Assembly: GCF_964355755.1 (NCBI RefSeq)
Contig: NC_092680.1
Span: 12,781,045 to 12,845,044, forward strand
Direction of reading: 5' to 3'
DNA from: Antedon mediterranea
Lineage: Eukaryota; Animalia; Echinodermata
Length of the DNA: 64,000 bases
Shown here: piece after piece, positions 63,241-64,000 of the stretch
Numbering within the stretch: position 1 is the first letter of the stretch
Layout: every line of letters begins with the position of its first letter
The notes under the pieces: model-generated
Seen by the model: only the letters and a program-made list of their open reading frames with translations
Told to the model about the DNA's origin: nothing
The model's database searches: none
Translations under genes and position numbers: made by a program

Positions 63241-64000
63241 ACAGTTTTTATAGCTTTCAGTTTGGGGTAGTTTTGGGAGCTTTCACAATTCACATTCACT
63301 CCAATGATTCTATTATTTGATAATGTTCCTAAAGCTCTGTCTACACTATCAAACTTTATGTGACAAAACAAATCTGGTGTGTCCATATACTGTATGGTAG
63401 TGATAAGCCCAAATATGGTAGTAGTGATATGACATCATCATGTCCATATATGGGCACACAGAGCTTTATATTGTGACATCAGACAAATTTCTCTACACAT
63501 TTACATGCGCTAGATTTGTTTGCTCCATCTGTGTATACCACCAGCCAATCCTCCCGTTGTGATGTCAAAGTACAATTTGATGATTTGCATTTCTAACTAA
63601 ACTGCATGATCACAACTTACAATAACATTAATATTTATTTTACTTTTATCAATATATAGTATATTGGTATACATATTGTTATGTGAATTTTACAGTACCT
63701 TTGTTTATTAATGTATAACTTTCAAGATTATTGTAGTATTGTTTCTACTTGTATTCATGTCGTCTATTATGTGCTGGATAAAGGTGGCTGCAGACCTTTA
63801 AAGCCTTCCAATTCAACCTAAAGCTTCTTTATGACATTCCATCCAGTGGCCTAATTTCACCAGAGTACCCACCCAAGAAACGGGGATTCATGTCGTCCAT
63901 TACGTACAGTAACTAATGACTCCATCGTAGTCATTATACGATTAGTTATTAATTTATTTAAATTTAATTAAAGTGGTTATCATTTAAAATTATTAGCATT

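Noticed and set aside
62000-64000. Search for the next NRBP exon (expected ..AVDIYSFGMCALE)
   Set aside because: I could not find a matching frame with splice sites; the exon is presumed to lie beyond the window.

Overview
AT-rich, intron-containing animal genomic DNA. The gene set and repeat landscape suggest an invertebrate deuterostome such as an echinoderm, but this is inference only. Five spliced protein-coding genes can be reconstructed by hand: MRPL15 (+, 4 coding exons), PITHD1 (-, 5 exons, convergent with MRPL15), a Fuseless-family multi-pass membrane protein (-), NCOA6 (+, with a 5.57-kb exon, an LXXLL motif and an octapeptide repeat), and the pseudokinase NRBP (+, 6 coding exons seen, continuing beyond the window). 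Most short ORFs in the supplied track look spurious. Introns and intergenic DNA are packed with non-autonomous DNA transposons. These include two multi-kb foldback elements, MULE-like MITEs with 9-10 bp TSDs, two abutting TTAA (Kolobok-like) elements, a nested Sola2-like transposase relic, a Helentron-like element with an amplified 5' hairpin, tRNA-derived SINEs and a small MITE family. The most noteworthy observations are: (i) a recurrent promoter-proximal signature at all five genes (an AGCGCC(C/A)(T/C) motif near the 5' end plus an AGGCCT/CTAG palindrome tract just inside the first or an early intron); (ii) a 3.9-kb nested foldback filling the divergent promoter between the Fuseless-like gene and NCOA6; (iii) MRPL15-PITHD1 adjacency, which fits an ancestral pre-vertebrate linkage; and (iv) a perfect 65-bp-arm hairpin just upstream of the NCOA6 start exon. 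I cannot claim a clearly novel multi-gene system from the sequence alone. All family assignments come from motif recognition; no database search was run.
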